A stretch of DNA of 39,666 nucleotides from NCBI GenBank assembly GCA_945860255.1, contig CAMAQI010000002.1, forward strand, positions 1 to 39,666, read 5' to 3'. Of the stretch, positions 1 to 9,334 are shown piece by piece. Position 1 is the first letter of the stretch. Every line of letters begins with the position of its first letter. This DNA is from Methylacidiphilum caldifontis (GTDB lineage Bacteria > Verrucomicrobiota > Verrucomicrobiia > Methylacidiphilales > CAMAQI01). A program made the position numbers and the translations under genes. The notes under the pieces were generated by a model. It did no database searches and was not told the DNA's origin. It saw nothing but the letters and a program-made list of their open reading frames with translations.

Positions 1-276
1 GTCCCCCTGACTTTCCAAAATCGCCTGAGCCAACTCCATATTCGTCAAACGGATCACCTCTTCGTAATGCTTTTTCTTTTCGGCAAATGATTTTTCGTAC
101 GACTCCAACCCCTTTTCTTCCTCAGCCGAAATATTTAACTGTTGATGAATCCACTCATGGGCATCCCCCTTACGGGAACAAAATGCATGCATAAAACAGG
201 AGCCCAAATAGCAGGAAACTCCTGCCACCAAAGCCACCGCCAAAGCAAAAAAGAGAAGCCATCGAGCTTTATTCAT
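1..276 (-). CDS. Partial (3' end off-window) membrane-anchored periplasmic protein, Spy/CpxP-like 'periplasmic heavy-metal sensor' type
   Basis: Open frame from ATG at 276 to the window edge (92 codons, no stop). N-terminal hydrophobic anchor is followed by HEWIHQQLNISAEEEKGLESYEKSF, typical of this family. It starts 14 nt after the anti-sigma-like ORF. Confidence 0.4.
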   Translation of the reverse strand, partial: MNKARWLLFFALAVALVAGVSCYLGSCFMHAFCSRKGDAHEWIHQQLNISAEEEKGLESYEKSFAEKKKHYEEVIRLTNMELAQAILESQGD

Positions 277-289
277 AAACCTCCCCTAT

Positions 290-619
290 TCATAAGCTTT
301 GAGTCAATATTGTCGAGGGCATATCGGGAGGAGATGATAAAAAAACCTGTAGATTCAATGCCTCGGGAACGGCATGCGATTGAGACAACGCGGTCATTAC
401 GATTCCACTTCCCATTCCGACCACAAATGCGATCGCAAGCCCTGCCGAAAGAATCCGGGGACTGAAGATAAAATGAGGCAGAAAGTCCACCCACGTTTTT
501 TGTCCCGACGGACGATTCCGAATTTCCCTCCACACATTTTGCGAAAGGGTTGAAGGAAGGGAAGGAATCGGGCGCTTCTGAAGCTGCTTTAAAAGTTTAT
601 CAAATCGTTGTTCTTCCAT
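290..619 (-). CDS. Anti-sigma-factor-like single-pass membrane protein
   Basis: 109 aa with one TM segment. N-terminus LPSTLSQNVWREIR resembles ECF anti-sigma partners. No sigma factor gene is adjacent. Confidence 0.4.
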   Translation of the reverse strand: MEEQRFDKLLKQLQKRPIPSLPSTLSQNVWREIRNRPSGQKTWVDFLPHFIFSPRILSAGLAIAFVVGMGSGIVMTALSQSHAVPEALNLQVFLSSPPDMPSTILTQSL

Positions 620-681
620 AGATCTCTATTAACGAAAAAAATCTTCATCTCCCTCAAAAAATAAATCTGGGATAAAGGAAG

Positions 682-1062
682 TTATGAAATTTTGGGTGGG
701 GGCGTGGGGATCTCAGAAATATAGCTTTTAAAAGAGAACTCCCTCGCGGGATATTCTAACTCCAAAGCATCCCGAGAAGAGGAAAAGAGGAAAACCTGAG
801 GCATTATTAGGGAAGAAACCATGAACCAACCGGAACAATGAGGAGCACAAGGACAACGAGAATGTTCGACACAGCGGGCTTCGTCAGAAACGTCCGAAGC
901 TATTTCATTTTCCGGACAATGCGAACAATCCATCAATTGCAGAGGATTCTCCACGACAAACTCAGAAAACGAACCTTGCGCAGGAATCGCTAATACGACC
1001 CCTAAAACACTCATGAATGTCCAAAGAATGAATTTCACTAAACTGACTTTAAACTCAAACAC
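682..1062 (-). CDS. Hypothetical Cys/His-rich exported protein
   Basis: ORF with a hydrophobic N-terminus and a CSHCPEN...CVEHSRCPCAPHCSG cluster. No family recognised. Confidence 0.3.
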   Translation of the reverse strand: MFEFKVSLVKFILWTFMSVLGVVLAIPAQGSFSEFVVENPLQLMDCSHCPENEIASDVSDEARCVEHSRCPCAPHCSGWFMVSSLIMPQVFLFSSSRDALELEYPAREFSFKSYISEIPTPPPKIS

Positions 1063-1347
1063 ACGTTTTGCAAACGATATTGTTTTTTCGAGGACTCAAA
1101 AACAAGTCGGCTTTACCAAGCTGGTAGAATCATATACTGGAGTCCAAGACCTGACACCTTCCACCTTTGCGTATTTTATAAGCCCTCCTCTTTTATGTCT
1201 TGTTGATCAGAATGATCAATTTATTATATTGGTCATGGATTCCAAAATTATTCAAACAGTAATCCCCTTCGGAACTACCAAGGTTAGAAAAATTCAATCT
1301 CCCACCAAGACCCAGTCCCTCAGTTGACGGAGGCTATGAGACATTTT

Positions 1348-2925
1348 ATGAAAAAAATAAATAATCCAATCCTTAAGGGATTTAATCCCGATCCTTCCAT
1401 TATCCGTGTCGGAAATGATTTTTATATTGCCACCAGTACATTTGAGTGGCTACCCGGGATTCCTATTTATCACTCAACGGACCTAATTCATTGGAAGTTA
1501 ATAAGTCATGTTTTTTCGGGAAATCCCCCTTTTAATCTACGAGGGGTCGTTGATTCTGCTGGATTATGGGCTCCCTCCTTGAGTTATCACGATGGAGTTT
1601 TCTGGGTGGTTTACACCGTCGTTCACAATCGCCTCGGTAACTTTAAGGATGTTCATAATTATTTAGTAACCTCCCCAGATATCCATGGCCCTTGGTCAGA
1701 GCCCGTTCGCCTCAATTCCAGTGGCTTTGATCCCTCTCTTTTTCATGATTCGGATGGAAGAAAATGGCTTTTGAATATACAATGGGATTTTCGATTAAAT
1801 CACCCTCGCTTCGGAGGAATTGTTCTTCAGGAGTATGATTCCCAGAAGAACTCTCTTATAGGATCTCCCTCAATCATTTTGAAAAAAAAGCAACTAATTG
1901 AAGGTCCGAACCTCTATTTTTATAACGGCTATTATTATCTCATGCTCGCAGAGGGGGGGACGAGTTGGACTCATGCTATTTCCATGGCACGCTCGAAAAA
2001 TATGCTTGGTCCTTATGAGTGCGACCCCCAATCCGTCCTGCTCACTTCTTATGATAATGAGGAACTGGCACTCCAAAAGGCAGGACATGGCGAGATTGTA
2101 CAGCTTGCCTCTGGAGAATGGTACTTAGCACATTTGGCGTCGAGACCGCTTGGAAAAGGGGAGAAACGTCGCTGTATTCTCGGTCGCGAAACTTGTCTTC
2201 AGCGAGTGGAGTGGTCTCCTGATCAATGGCTGCGATTATCTCAGGGGGGAAATCATCCTGACATTGAGATTCCTGTTTCCGATACATTGAAGGAAAGTCC
2301 CTCGTCCGAATTTTTTGTTAGAGATGACTTTGATCTTCCAAAGCTCGATCTTTGCTGGTGTACACTCCGTGTTCCTTGTGAAGATTTCTGGGTGAATCTC
2401 AGTGAAAGACCTAGTTACCTGCGCCTTAGGGGACGTGAATCGATGCAATCGCTTTACGAGCAAAACCTCGTAGCAAAACGATTGCAATCGTTTCAATGTG
2501 TGGTGGAAACCTGCATCGAATTTGAGCCCCAACATTTTTCCCAAATGGCAGGCTTGATTTGCTGGTATGATACCAAGACTCATTACTACCTGCGAGTGAC
2601 TCATGATGAAATAAAAGGGAAGATTCTAGGAATTATTTTTTCCGATGACGGAGTTTATGGTGAAATTGAGGACTCATTACTTGTTGTTCAAGATTGGGAA
2701 AGGATCTATCTTCGTGCCCAAATCGATCGAGATAATCTTCAGTTCACAGTTTCAAAAAACGAATCAGATTGGATCAAGATCGGACCTGTTCTTGAAATGA
2801 GCAAGCTTTCAGATGACTATGGAAAAGGTCTTCATTTTACGGGGACATTTGTAGGTCTATGCGCTCAGGATCTCAATGGAACACGAGCGATTGCGGATTT
2901 TGACTACTTTCTCATCACTTATTAA
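1348..2925 (+). CDS. Glycoside hydrolase family 43 beta-xylosidase/alpha-L-arabinofuranosidase
   Basis: NPILKGFNPDPSIIRVGNDFYIATSTFEWLPGIPIYHSTDLIHWKL is the classic GH43 XynB-type N-terminus. A C-terminal beta-sandwich domain is present. The ORF is open from a TTG at 1324; ATGs lie at 1336 and 1348. Confidence 0.9.
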   Translation: MKKINNPILKGFNPDPSIIRVGNDFYIATSTFEWLPGIPIYHSTDLIHWKLISHVFSGNPPFNLRGVVDSAGLWAPSLSYHDGVFWVVYTVVHNRLGNFKDVHNYLVTSPDIHGPWSEPVRLNSSGFDPSLFHDSDGRKWLLNIQWDFRLNHPRFGGIVLQEYDSQKNSLIGSPSIILKKKQLIEGPNLYFYNGYYYLMLAEGGTSWTHAISMARSKNMLGPYECDPQSVLLTSYDNEELALQKAGHGEIVQLASGEWYLAHLASRPLGKGEKRRCILGRETCLQRVEWSPDQWLRLSQGGNHPDIEIPVSDTLKESPSSEFFVRDDFDLPKLDLCWCTLRVPCEDFWVNLSERPSYLRLRGRESMQSLYEQNLVAKRLQSFQCVVETCIEFEPQHFSQMAGLICWYDTKTHYYLRVTHDEIKGKILGIIFSDDGVYGEIEDSLLVVQDWERIYLRAQIDRDNLQFTVSKNESDWIKIGPVLEMSKLSDDYGKGLHFTGTFVGLCAQDLNGTRAIADFDYFLITY

Positions 2926-3014
2926 TCAATTCTAAGAACTCTCCAAACACACTGTCTGAAATAAAGAAGCCCTATACTGGGTTCAATACCAGACACTTTG
3001 CACCTTTACGTATT

Positions 3015-3329
3015 TTATAAGCTCTTCATTAAACGTACAAAAAGTCCTGCATGAACGAGTTGTTCGCCTCTCAAAACATGAAGAATGAATAGTTTCTTCC
3101 CTTCGATTCTGTAAAAGAGTCGGCATGGTGAAATAACGAGTTGTCGATAGGGCATCCCGCGCAATTCTGGAGGAGACGATCCAAGTTTTGGAAATCGCTT
3201 CAAATTCTCCACTTTTTCAAAAATGCGAACAACAAGCTTTTTAGCGGCTTCTGGTTTATCTAACGCAATATAATCTGCGATGACGTCGATATCCTGAATT
3301 GCTGCCTCTGTCCAAATCAGTTCAACCAT
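3015..3329 (-). CDS. parE: Type II toxin, ParE/RelE family
   Basis: 104 aa with the ParE-like pattern (IWTEAAIQDIDVIADYI ... FYRIEGKKLFILHVL). Overlaps the upstream antitoxin by 13 nt. Confidence 0.8.
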   Translation of the reverse strand: MVELIWTEAAIQDIDVIADYIALDKPEAAKKLVVRIFEKVENLKRFPKLGSSPPELRGMPYRQLVISPCRLFYRIEGKKLFILHVLRGEQLVHAGLFVRLMKSL

Positions 3330-3574
3330 CTTTTCAATTTCGTTTTTGCTTGTTCATGAGAAATGATCCGCCCTCCTTGAACAGCTTTCTCTCCTCGTGC
3401 AATTCCCTCTAAAATTCGAATCCTATTGCAAAGTCTCTCAAACGTCTGAATGTCGACAAGATATGCGGCTGGACGACCGTGCTCCGTAATCAAAACAGTA
3501 TCTTTGGTCTCTTTAAGATCTGAAAGGATTCGTGTCGCTTGCCGTTTCAGAGTCGTCACCAATTCCGTTTTCAT
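3317..3574 (-). CDS. Type II antitoxin, Phd/YefM family
   Basis: LITEHGRPAAYLVDIQTFERL core motif. It lies upstream of the ParE-like toxin and overlaps it. Confidence 0.8.
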   Translation of the reverse strand: MKTELVTTLKRQATRILSDLKETKDTVLITEHGRPAAYLVDIQTFERLCNRIRILEGIARGEKAVQGGRIISHEQAKTKLKRWLN

Positions 3575-3581
3575 GAGTGCT

Positions 3582-3610
3582 ACAATAGTATCACTTTAAA
3601 GAGGCGTCAA
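3582..3610 (-). promoter_or_regulatory. Sigma70-like promoter placed for a leaderless Phd/ParE transcript
   Basis: Minus strand reads TTGACG, 17 nt, TATTGT, 7 nt, ATG(3574). Confidence 0.5.
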
Positions 3611-3823
3611 AATCTTTTTGATTCAGGCTTTTTTCCAATGAAGAAAGGTCCAGTATTTTCGAATCGGCTCCCGACTTCTCCGCTGAATACCACTTAATGA
3701 GAGCGTCATACGCCCTCATTGGCACATAATCCGTCATCTCTGGATTTTCCCTATAAGTCTTCGTCACTAAATACTCGAAGTTTGGAGTACATTCTGATAT
3801 TTTTCTTCGACATTCATTCTTTT

Positions 3824-5548
3824 TTACTTCCGTGGTGTTGCACGGCTCGCCACTTTAAAAATTAAATCAAGTACCTCAACCACTTCTGGGTCAATTTCTT
3901 TGAGAGGAATGAAATCGGTCAAACCGTGGTAATCGCGCTTGAAAATTTGCTGAGGCGTCCCCAACCGTTCATAGTAAGTCGAGAAAAGGGGATCTAAAAA
4001 ATCGTCCGTCACTTTGATGTCGGATCCCCATGGATCCGGTCTCTTTGCGATTTTCAACGCATTCACCAACTCGTCGATCCATTGTTCCATGATCGAACGA
4101 CGTGTTTTTCGCTCCGCATCGTCCACCAGATCCCCTTCGATCAAACCTTGCTCAATTAAAGCAAGAATACTTGCCTTTGAGGTAATGTAGTTCTCTATTT
4201 CCCGTTTTCTCCACATTTTTTCGACAAGGACTGGATTTTTATCGAGTTCCTTTTTAAGCCTGTCAAAGATCGCCACTCCGACCAAATCCGACTTTGCCTC
4301 CTTTAATCCCCAAAAATGATCGCGGGCACCCTGAGGTTGATTATTCCCCAGATAAATAGCGGGTGTTCCCTCGCTGAGATAAATTTTGGACGGATGATTC
4401 AACCTATCTGCGAAACGACGCAAAATGGCGAGATCCGTCGACCCCTCCAGATAAATCATCCAGCCCTTTTGCTCGGCAAGGTAATAATCCGACATTCGAA
4501 TGGATTCCAAAGACTTCCTGACCTGGTTTCTTGAGCGAACGTCGATGCGATGGGGTTTCCCAATAAAAGCCACCACCACATCCCTGTCCGCCGCCTCCTG
4601 TAAAACAACCTCCGAGTGACTCGCTGCAATAATCTGGGAATTTTGTTTTTCCGCCAGCCCAGTTAAAAGATTGTAAACATCCCGTTGTCTTAAAATTTCC
4701 AAATGCGCATCCGGCTCATCCAATAAGATAATGGATTGAGGATTGGATAAAACTGCGCATAAAATCAACAACACCTGCTGAAAACCCCTCCCACTTGCTG
4801 AAATATCGAGTACTGCTCCTGATTTTTCCCCATAAGAAAGGGTGATCAAGGACCGTTCCTTGATATAAATAGGATCGTTGAGTTGAACTCCAAAAAGCTC
4901 CGCAACCTTTTCCCGAAGTAATTTCCACCCTTCACCCTGTTCCTTTGAATAGAGAAGCCAACAAAGATTTCTCAAAACTTCAGCCGTCCTTCCCTCCCCA
5001 ATATGAAAATTGATCTCTCCAAGCTCTTTTCGGAATTCTTGTCCCGCCAAACCCGACATGGACGGAATAAATACGATTTGCTGTTGTCTTGCCCCCTCGG
5101 GGACACGCAATCCGGAATCCTCATTCAATCGACAATAAAATGATTCTTCATTCGCATAATAAAAATCCATTGAACAGAGCCACGGTTTATCCTGATGAAC
5201 CCCCTCCGCGACCAACTGGATCAAAACTTTTTCAGTGGTTTGTTTCCCTTCATTTATTTTGTTGTCTTGCGTACGCAGTTCGCTCCATAAAAGTTTTGCA
5301 CTCGGGACAGGAACTGTATTTAAATCCTTTCGGTTGATGGTGACGCCAGATCGCTCGCTCGCCTTGCTTGAATCCCTCTTTTCAACCCATTTTCTCCATC
5401 CAAGATCCCAAAGCGTCAATGCCTGAAGTGCCGAAGTTTTTCCCGAATTGTTTGGCCCAATGAATACGACTGCGTTTCCAAGATCCAATGTAGCAGATTC
5501 CAATTTTTTAAAATTTTTGATGGTGAATTTTGTGATCATTTTAGACAC
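3824..5548 (-). CDS. ABC/SMC-type ATPase fused to a Toprim/DUF4435-like C-terminal domain (OLD / GajA / fused PARIS-like)
   Basis: Walker A GPNNSGKT, signature-like SGRGFQQ, Walker B ILLDEPDAHLE, H-loop SHSE. The C-terminal ~210 aa carry YLEGSTD, AIFDRL and KREIENY motifs. Confidence 0.6.
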   Translation of the reverse strand: MSKMITKFTIKNFKKLESATLDLGNAVVFIGPNNSGKTSALQALTLWDLGWRKWVEKRDSSKASERSGVTINRKDLNTVPVPSAKLLWSELRTQDNKINEGKQTTEKVLIQLVAEGVHQDKPWLCSMDFYYANEESFYCRLNEDSGLRVPEGARQQQIVFIPSMSGLAGQEFRKELGEINFHIGEGRTAEVLRNLCWLLYSKEQGEGWKLLREKVAELFGVQLNDPIYIKERSLITLSYGEKSGAVLDISASGRGFQQVLLILCAVLSNPQSIILLDEPDAHLEILRQRDVYNLLTGLAEKQNSQIIAASHSEVVLQEAADRDVVVAFIGKPHRIDVRSRNQVRKSLESIRMSDYYLAEQKGWMIYLEGSTDLAILRRFADRLNHPSKIYLSEGTPAIYLGNNQPQGARDHFWGLKEAKSDLVGVAIFDRLKKELDKNPVLVEKMWRKREIENYITSKASILALIEQGLIEGDLVDDAERKTRRSIMEQWIDELVNALKIAKRPDPWGSDIKVTDDFLDPLFSTYYERLGTPQQIFKRDYHGLTDFIPLKEIDPEVVEVLDLIFKVASRATPRK

Positions 5549-5642
5549 TCCATTTTTTCATTGCATACGCCTAATATCTGATGCGCTTATGTAAACTTTG
5601 TCCAATATATTTCAATTTTTTTGAAATCGAGATGTACCATGT

Positions 5643-8297
5643 TTAATACGCACTCTGCATTCCCCCCACTGCTTTGGCGAGATCGCTCAGCGATTGATCG
5701 TCGGGAAGCACCACCGTGAACCGACATCGCCCTTCCGCATCGGTCTCCAAGCAATTCCGAAATCCCTTTAATACAGCTTCCTCAATCTCTGAATTCAACC
5801 CTTCACGCTGAGGAATGACTTTGCTGATAAATTTAAAGACGGAGGCCAGCATCTCACCCCCCGCTTTCTGGACTTCCTCTTTGTTAACCTCAGAACCAAT
5901 CACTGGGGTCTCAAGTGTTGGTGTCGGTTTTTGCCCGATCAACACTTCCAAACGACGTTTGAGCTCTTCCATCCCACTGGAAAGTGTGACCTCCTTGACT
6001 TCGGACCCAAAATCCAAAGCAGCCATCGAGAGTTCCTTTTTCGCTCCTAGGGTGGCAAGCAGATTCTCTTCGAGGGTCCTCTCGGTCACAAGAATGAAAA
6101 CCTCAACCGTGTTCTTTTGCCCCATCCGATGCGCACGAGCGATACGTTGCTCGAGCACGGCCGGATTCCAAGGGAGATCGACATTGACCACGGTGTTCGC
6201 CGACTGGAGATTCAACCCCGTCGATCCAGCATTGGTGGTCAGAAAAAGTCGGCACCCTGGATCTTCCTGAAATTCTTTGACCAGACCTTTCCGTTTCTTC
6301 TGCGGAACACTTCCATCCAAACGCACAAAACGGAGTTTTCGTTTTACGAGAAGGGGCTCAATGAGATTGAGCATCGTCGTCCATTCGGAGAAGAGTACTA
6401 TTTTACGCCCGCTCTCGTCGACGAACCGGTCAAAGAGTTCCTCCAGTTTTTTAAGTTTCGTCGAATGTCCTGGTGCGTCCTTAATCACCAGTTCCGTGCT
6501 GTCGGCGACCATGCGGCACATCATCAACTCCTTTTGAAGCTGGATGAGATCCATCTCTGTCAAAAACCGTTTTTTGATGATCGAACTTACTTTTCTCATA
6601 TGCCCGATATGTTGCATCTCCTGCTCTTCCGAGGGAGGAATCCGGACGATCTGTGTGACCCTCGGAGGCATCTCCTTCAATACCAGATCACGCGTGCGGC
6701 GAAGAAGGATCGGTTTTAACTGACGGCGAAGGTGATCGAGTTCCTTGTATCCGAGAATCTTCCCTTTCTCGTCGGCCACACGGTGCCTGTGAAAAAACCG
6801 AAATGCGGGTCCCAGCAAACGCTCGTCCACAAATTCAACAACGGAGTAGAGATCGTCCAAACGATTTTCCAATGGCGTTCCGCTCAAAACTAGAGCGTAT
6901 TTTGATTTCAATTTTTTGATCGTTGCGGAGGTTTTCGCTTCCCAGTTTTTGATCCGTTGCCCCTCGTCCAGAATGATGAGATCCCATTTCACTGGCTCGA
7001 TCGCGACCAAATCGCGCAAAACCTGTTCGTAGTTGCAGATCGTGTAAAAAACAGGCTTTGCATATTGACTGTGACGATCCATCAAACTTCCCGTGATCGC
7101 CTGGGAATCCCGATCACAAAACCGCCGGATCTCCGACTCCCATTGGGACTTCAGCGAAGTCGGACAAATCACCAATACTTTTTGGATTCCGATTTCTTGT
7201 GCGAGGAGTTCTGCGACACCGATCCCTTGAATGGTTTTGCCCAACCCCATTTCGTCGGCCAAAATCGATCGCCCCGCCCCCACCGCAAACCCGATGCCAT
7301 CCATCTGGTATGGGAGAAGGGTCGTTTTCAGGAGTTTCTCCCGAAGCGGATGCTTTGCGGGATTCTGTCGAATCTCCAAACTCAATTGTTGGAGTCGCTC
7401 TTTCCGCAAAATCTTTTCGACATACTCCTCAGCATCGGGATAAATCACCACCTGCTCCCCGGATTTTTCCAATTTCCGGATCGTCCCCAATAGCGATCTC
7501 ACCTCTTCCGCATTCGGATCAACCTGCCTGAAGGGTCTCACTCTTGTCGAGGAATCTTGGTCGGAGGGAAAACTGAGCGAGAGCTCGGTCTCTTTTCCAT
7601 AGCGGAGATGAAGCGTGTAATGTTTGCGTTGATGCGGCTTTGCCAAAACTTTTTTCGAAAATGCATCCTTCACAAAATTTTCAACCCGCATCAAATGCTT
7701 GCAGGTTCCCAAAGTATTTTTTCGAAAATCAGGACAGGTGCAAAATGAGGTTCCCATTTCCAATCCACGGAGAGCGACTCGATATGTTTTTCCAGATTCC
7801 TGACTAAATACATCATAATCCGTCCATGGTCTTTTCTCCTCTTTCGAGGTCACTGTCATCTTCTCTTTCAAAGCCCGTTCACGACGCTCCACAAGCATCC
7901 GTCTTTCCAACTGCTTCTCGTCCAACAGCTCCATGGGGATTTTATCCTCCGGATCCTTCGCTAGGCCGAGCGGTGTCTTTTGATCCAGCAAATAGGTCAA
8001 CGCCGCTCCCGCCTCGGGGATACACTTTTTCCCTTCGGAGCTTCCCCACTTTAATCCAAGTTTGGACCCGAGGTCCTCCTCCAACCAGAACTCGTAATGG
8101 CGAGGGATAAAAAATGAGACCGTAAAACGCTTATCCGTGAGACGAACATCAGAAGGATCGATCTCAAATTTTCCCCCTTCTGCCATCGCTTTCCGGCCTT
8201 TGGAACCAAGCAATTTGCAAGATTGGATGTAATTCAATCGGGAAAGTCGGTCGAAAAAAGTGAGTTTTTTTGCGGAACGAGTAGCGTAGGGATTCAT
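5643..8297 (-). CDS. SNF2/RAD54-family SF2 helicase with N-terminal SWIM zinc finger
   Basis: SWIM CTCPDFRKNTLGTCKH. Helicase motifs LADEMGLGKT, DEGQRIKN, LSGTPLEN, TNAGSTGLNL, QRIARAHRMGQ. The first in-frame ATG is at 8297 (a TTG lies at 8336). Confidence 0.85.
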   Translation of the reverse strand: MNPYATRSAKKLTFFDRLSRLNYIQSCKLLGSKGRKAMAEGGKFEIDPSDVRLTDKRFTVSFFIPRHYEFWLEEDLGSKLGLKWGSSEGKKCIPEAGAALTYLLDQKTPLGLAKDPEDKIPMELLDEKQLERRMLVERRERALKEKMTVTSKEEKRPWTDYDVFSQESGKTYRVALRGLEMGTSFCTCPDFRKNTLGTCKHLMRVENFVKDAFSKKVLAKPHQRKHYTLHLRYGKETELSLSFPSDQDSSTRVRPFRQVDPNAEEVRSLLGTIRKLEKSGEQVVIYPDAEEYVEKILRKERLQQLSLEIRQNPAKHPLREKLLKTTLLPYQMDGIGFAVGAGRSILADEMGLGKTIQGIGVAELLAQEIGIQKVLVICPTSLKSQWESEIRRFCDRDSQAITGSLMDRHSQYAKPVFYTICNYEQVLRDLVAIEPVKWDLIILDEGQRIKNWEAKTSATIKKLKSKYALVLSGTPLENRLDDLYSVVEFVDERLLGPAFRFFHRHRVADEKGKILGYKELDHLRRQLKPILLRRTRDLVLKEMPPRVTQIVRIPPSEEQEMQHIGHMRKVSSIIKKRFLTEMDLIQLQKELMMCRMVADSTELVIKDAPGHSTKLKKLEELFDRFVDESGRKIVLFSEWTTMLNLIEPLLVKRKLRFVRLDGSVPQKKRKGLVKEFQEDPGCRLFLTTNAGSTGLNLQSANTVVNVDLPWNPAVLEQRIARAHRMGQKNTVEVFILVTERTLEENLLATLGAKKELSMAALDFGSEVKEVTLSSGMEELKRRLEVLIGQKPTPTLETPVIGSEVNKEEVQKAGGEMLASVFKFISKVIPQREGLNSEIEEAVLKGFRNCLETDAEGRCRFTVVLPDDQSLSDLAKAVGGMQSAY

Positions 8298-8391
8298 GTT
8301 TTGAGGATGAATCCATGTAGAACCTCCGCAAGCCAAAAACTCGCCTTTTTATTCACTTGTGTTCAGATATTTAAATGTCTGAAATTCTTCT

Positions 8392-8991
8392 ATGTCTGAT
8401 AACACCCCTTCTTCCTCAAGCGATCAAGATCCCAATCGATCTGATTTTTCGCCGATTTTTGACGACTTTGTCCGCCCGCTTCTCGACTATGATTCTTGGA
8501 AGAACTCTGAGATGAAAGATGTCATGCGGATCGGCATCTATCTCTGGAATAGCAACCGTCTATCGCCCGAGGCGTATTCCGAACTTCAATCCTTTCTCTT
8601 TCAATCCATCGATCAGGAGCTGCGGATTCTTTTTCAAGGAATGATCGGCTCGAGAACCGGTTTTTTCAAAACTCATTCCGTCTCCATTGAGGATGGAAAA
8701 GTCATGGTCTCCAAAAAATTTTACAACCTCGAATTGAAATTCGGGGACTATCCTCCCGAAATCCTTTTCCCTGAATATATCTGCGAAGCGATGATGGCTG
8801 ATTTTGTCAGAAGTCTTGATGAGTTAGGATTGATAGAACGTCAAATATATGTTCAATTTATGACCCGCTATCAATCAAGGCTCGAGCGCCTTATTGCAAA
8901 AAATGAAAAGCGAATAGCAGAAAACGAAGCGAAAATAGCAGAAGCAAAAACGGCGCTTAAAGATTTTCCCCAAACAATCGAATGTAAGTGA
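8392..8991 (+). CDS. Hypothetical protein with C-terminal coiled coil
   Basis: 199-aa ORF divergent from the SNF2 gene. Has a KNEKRIAENEAKIAEAK tail. No family recognised. Confidence 0.4.
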   Translation: MSDNTPSSSSDQDPNRSDFSPIFDDFVRPLLDYDSWKNSEMKDVMRIGIYLWNSNRLSPEAYSELQSFLFQSIDQELRILFQGMIGSRTGFFKTHSVSIEDGKVMVSKKFYNLELKFGDYPPEILFPEYICEAMMADFVRSLDELGLIERQIYVQFMTRYQSRLERLIAKNEKRIAENEAKIAEAKTALKDFPQTIECK

Positions 8992-9013
8992 CATCGCCAT
9001 TGGCGATAGGCCA

Positions 9014-9163
9014 TCAAACCTTTTCGCGAAGCGAGTCCTCTTCACGGATTTGCTTCATTGCGGCTTTACGTTCACGTTTGGCGACCTTGCGTTTATTAAA
9101 TGGTCGCAAATGTTTCCACCATTCGGGCGGCGATGTTAGAGTATCTTTTCGAGTATGAGCCAT
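9014..9163 (-). CDS. Possible small basic protein (49 aa)
   Basis: MAHTRKDTLTSPPEWWKHLRPFNKRKVAKRERK... preceded on the minus strand by TTGTCA, 17 nt, TATGTT, 10 nt, ATG. Support is weak. Confidence 0.25.
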   Translation of the reverse strand: MAHTRKDTLTSPPEWWKHLRPFNKRKVAKRERKAAMKQIREEDSLREKV

Positions 9164-9334
9164 ACTTGTGACAAACATATATGAAAGTGAAGAAATTGAC
9201 AAGATCACCAGACAAAACTAGGTTGAATTCATGAAAGTCGTCAATGTTCAAGAGGCAAAGATCACTCACGATCAAAACTTGAACCTTATGGCGCAATCAT
9301 CCTTTGGACTTAATTTTTTTCTTTAAGTTTGATT

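Noticed and set aside
1013-1327. 104-aa plus-strand ORF upstream of the GH43 gene
   Set aside because: It overlaps the start of the opposite-strand ORF, has no recognisable motif or SD, and ends where the GH43 frame opens. It is likely promoter or leader DNA.
2940-3010. tRNA-like T-loop sequence gggttcaataccaga downstream of the GH43 gene
   Set aside because: No cloverleaf can be drawn: the T-stem pairs only 4 bp and there are no acceptor or anticodon arms. It is more likely part of a weak terminator (gtctg...cagac).
3600-3813. Two short out-of-frame minus-strand ORFs (about 20 and 48 codons) between the Phd gene and the ATPase gene
   Set aside because: They are too short and mutually frameshifted. 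This may be the remnant of a degraded gene, but I cannot assign a family or support a pseudogene call.
5815-8110. Many 60-200 aa plus-strand ORFs (5815-6270, 6117-6719, 6957-7493, 7199-7531 and others) inside the SNF2 gene
   Set aside because: They lie antisense to a long ORF with unambiguous helicase motifs and have low-complexity, Arg/Ser/Pro-rich translations. They are shadow ORFs. The same reasoning applies to antisense ORFs within the ATPase, dnaN, mnmG, GH43 and DUF4143 genes.
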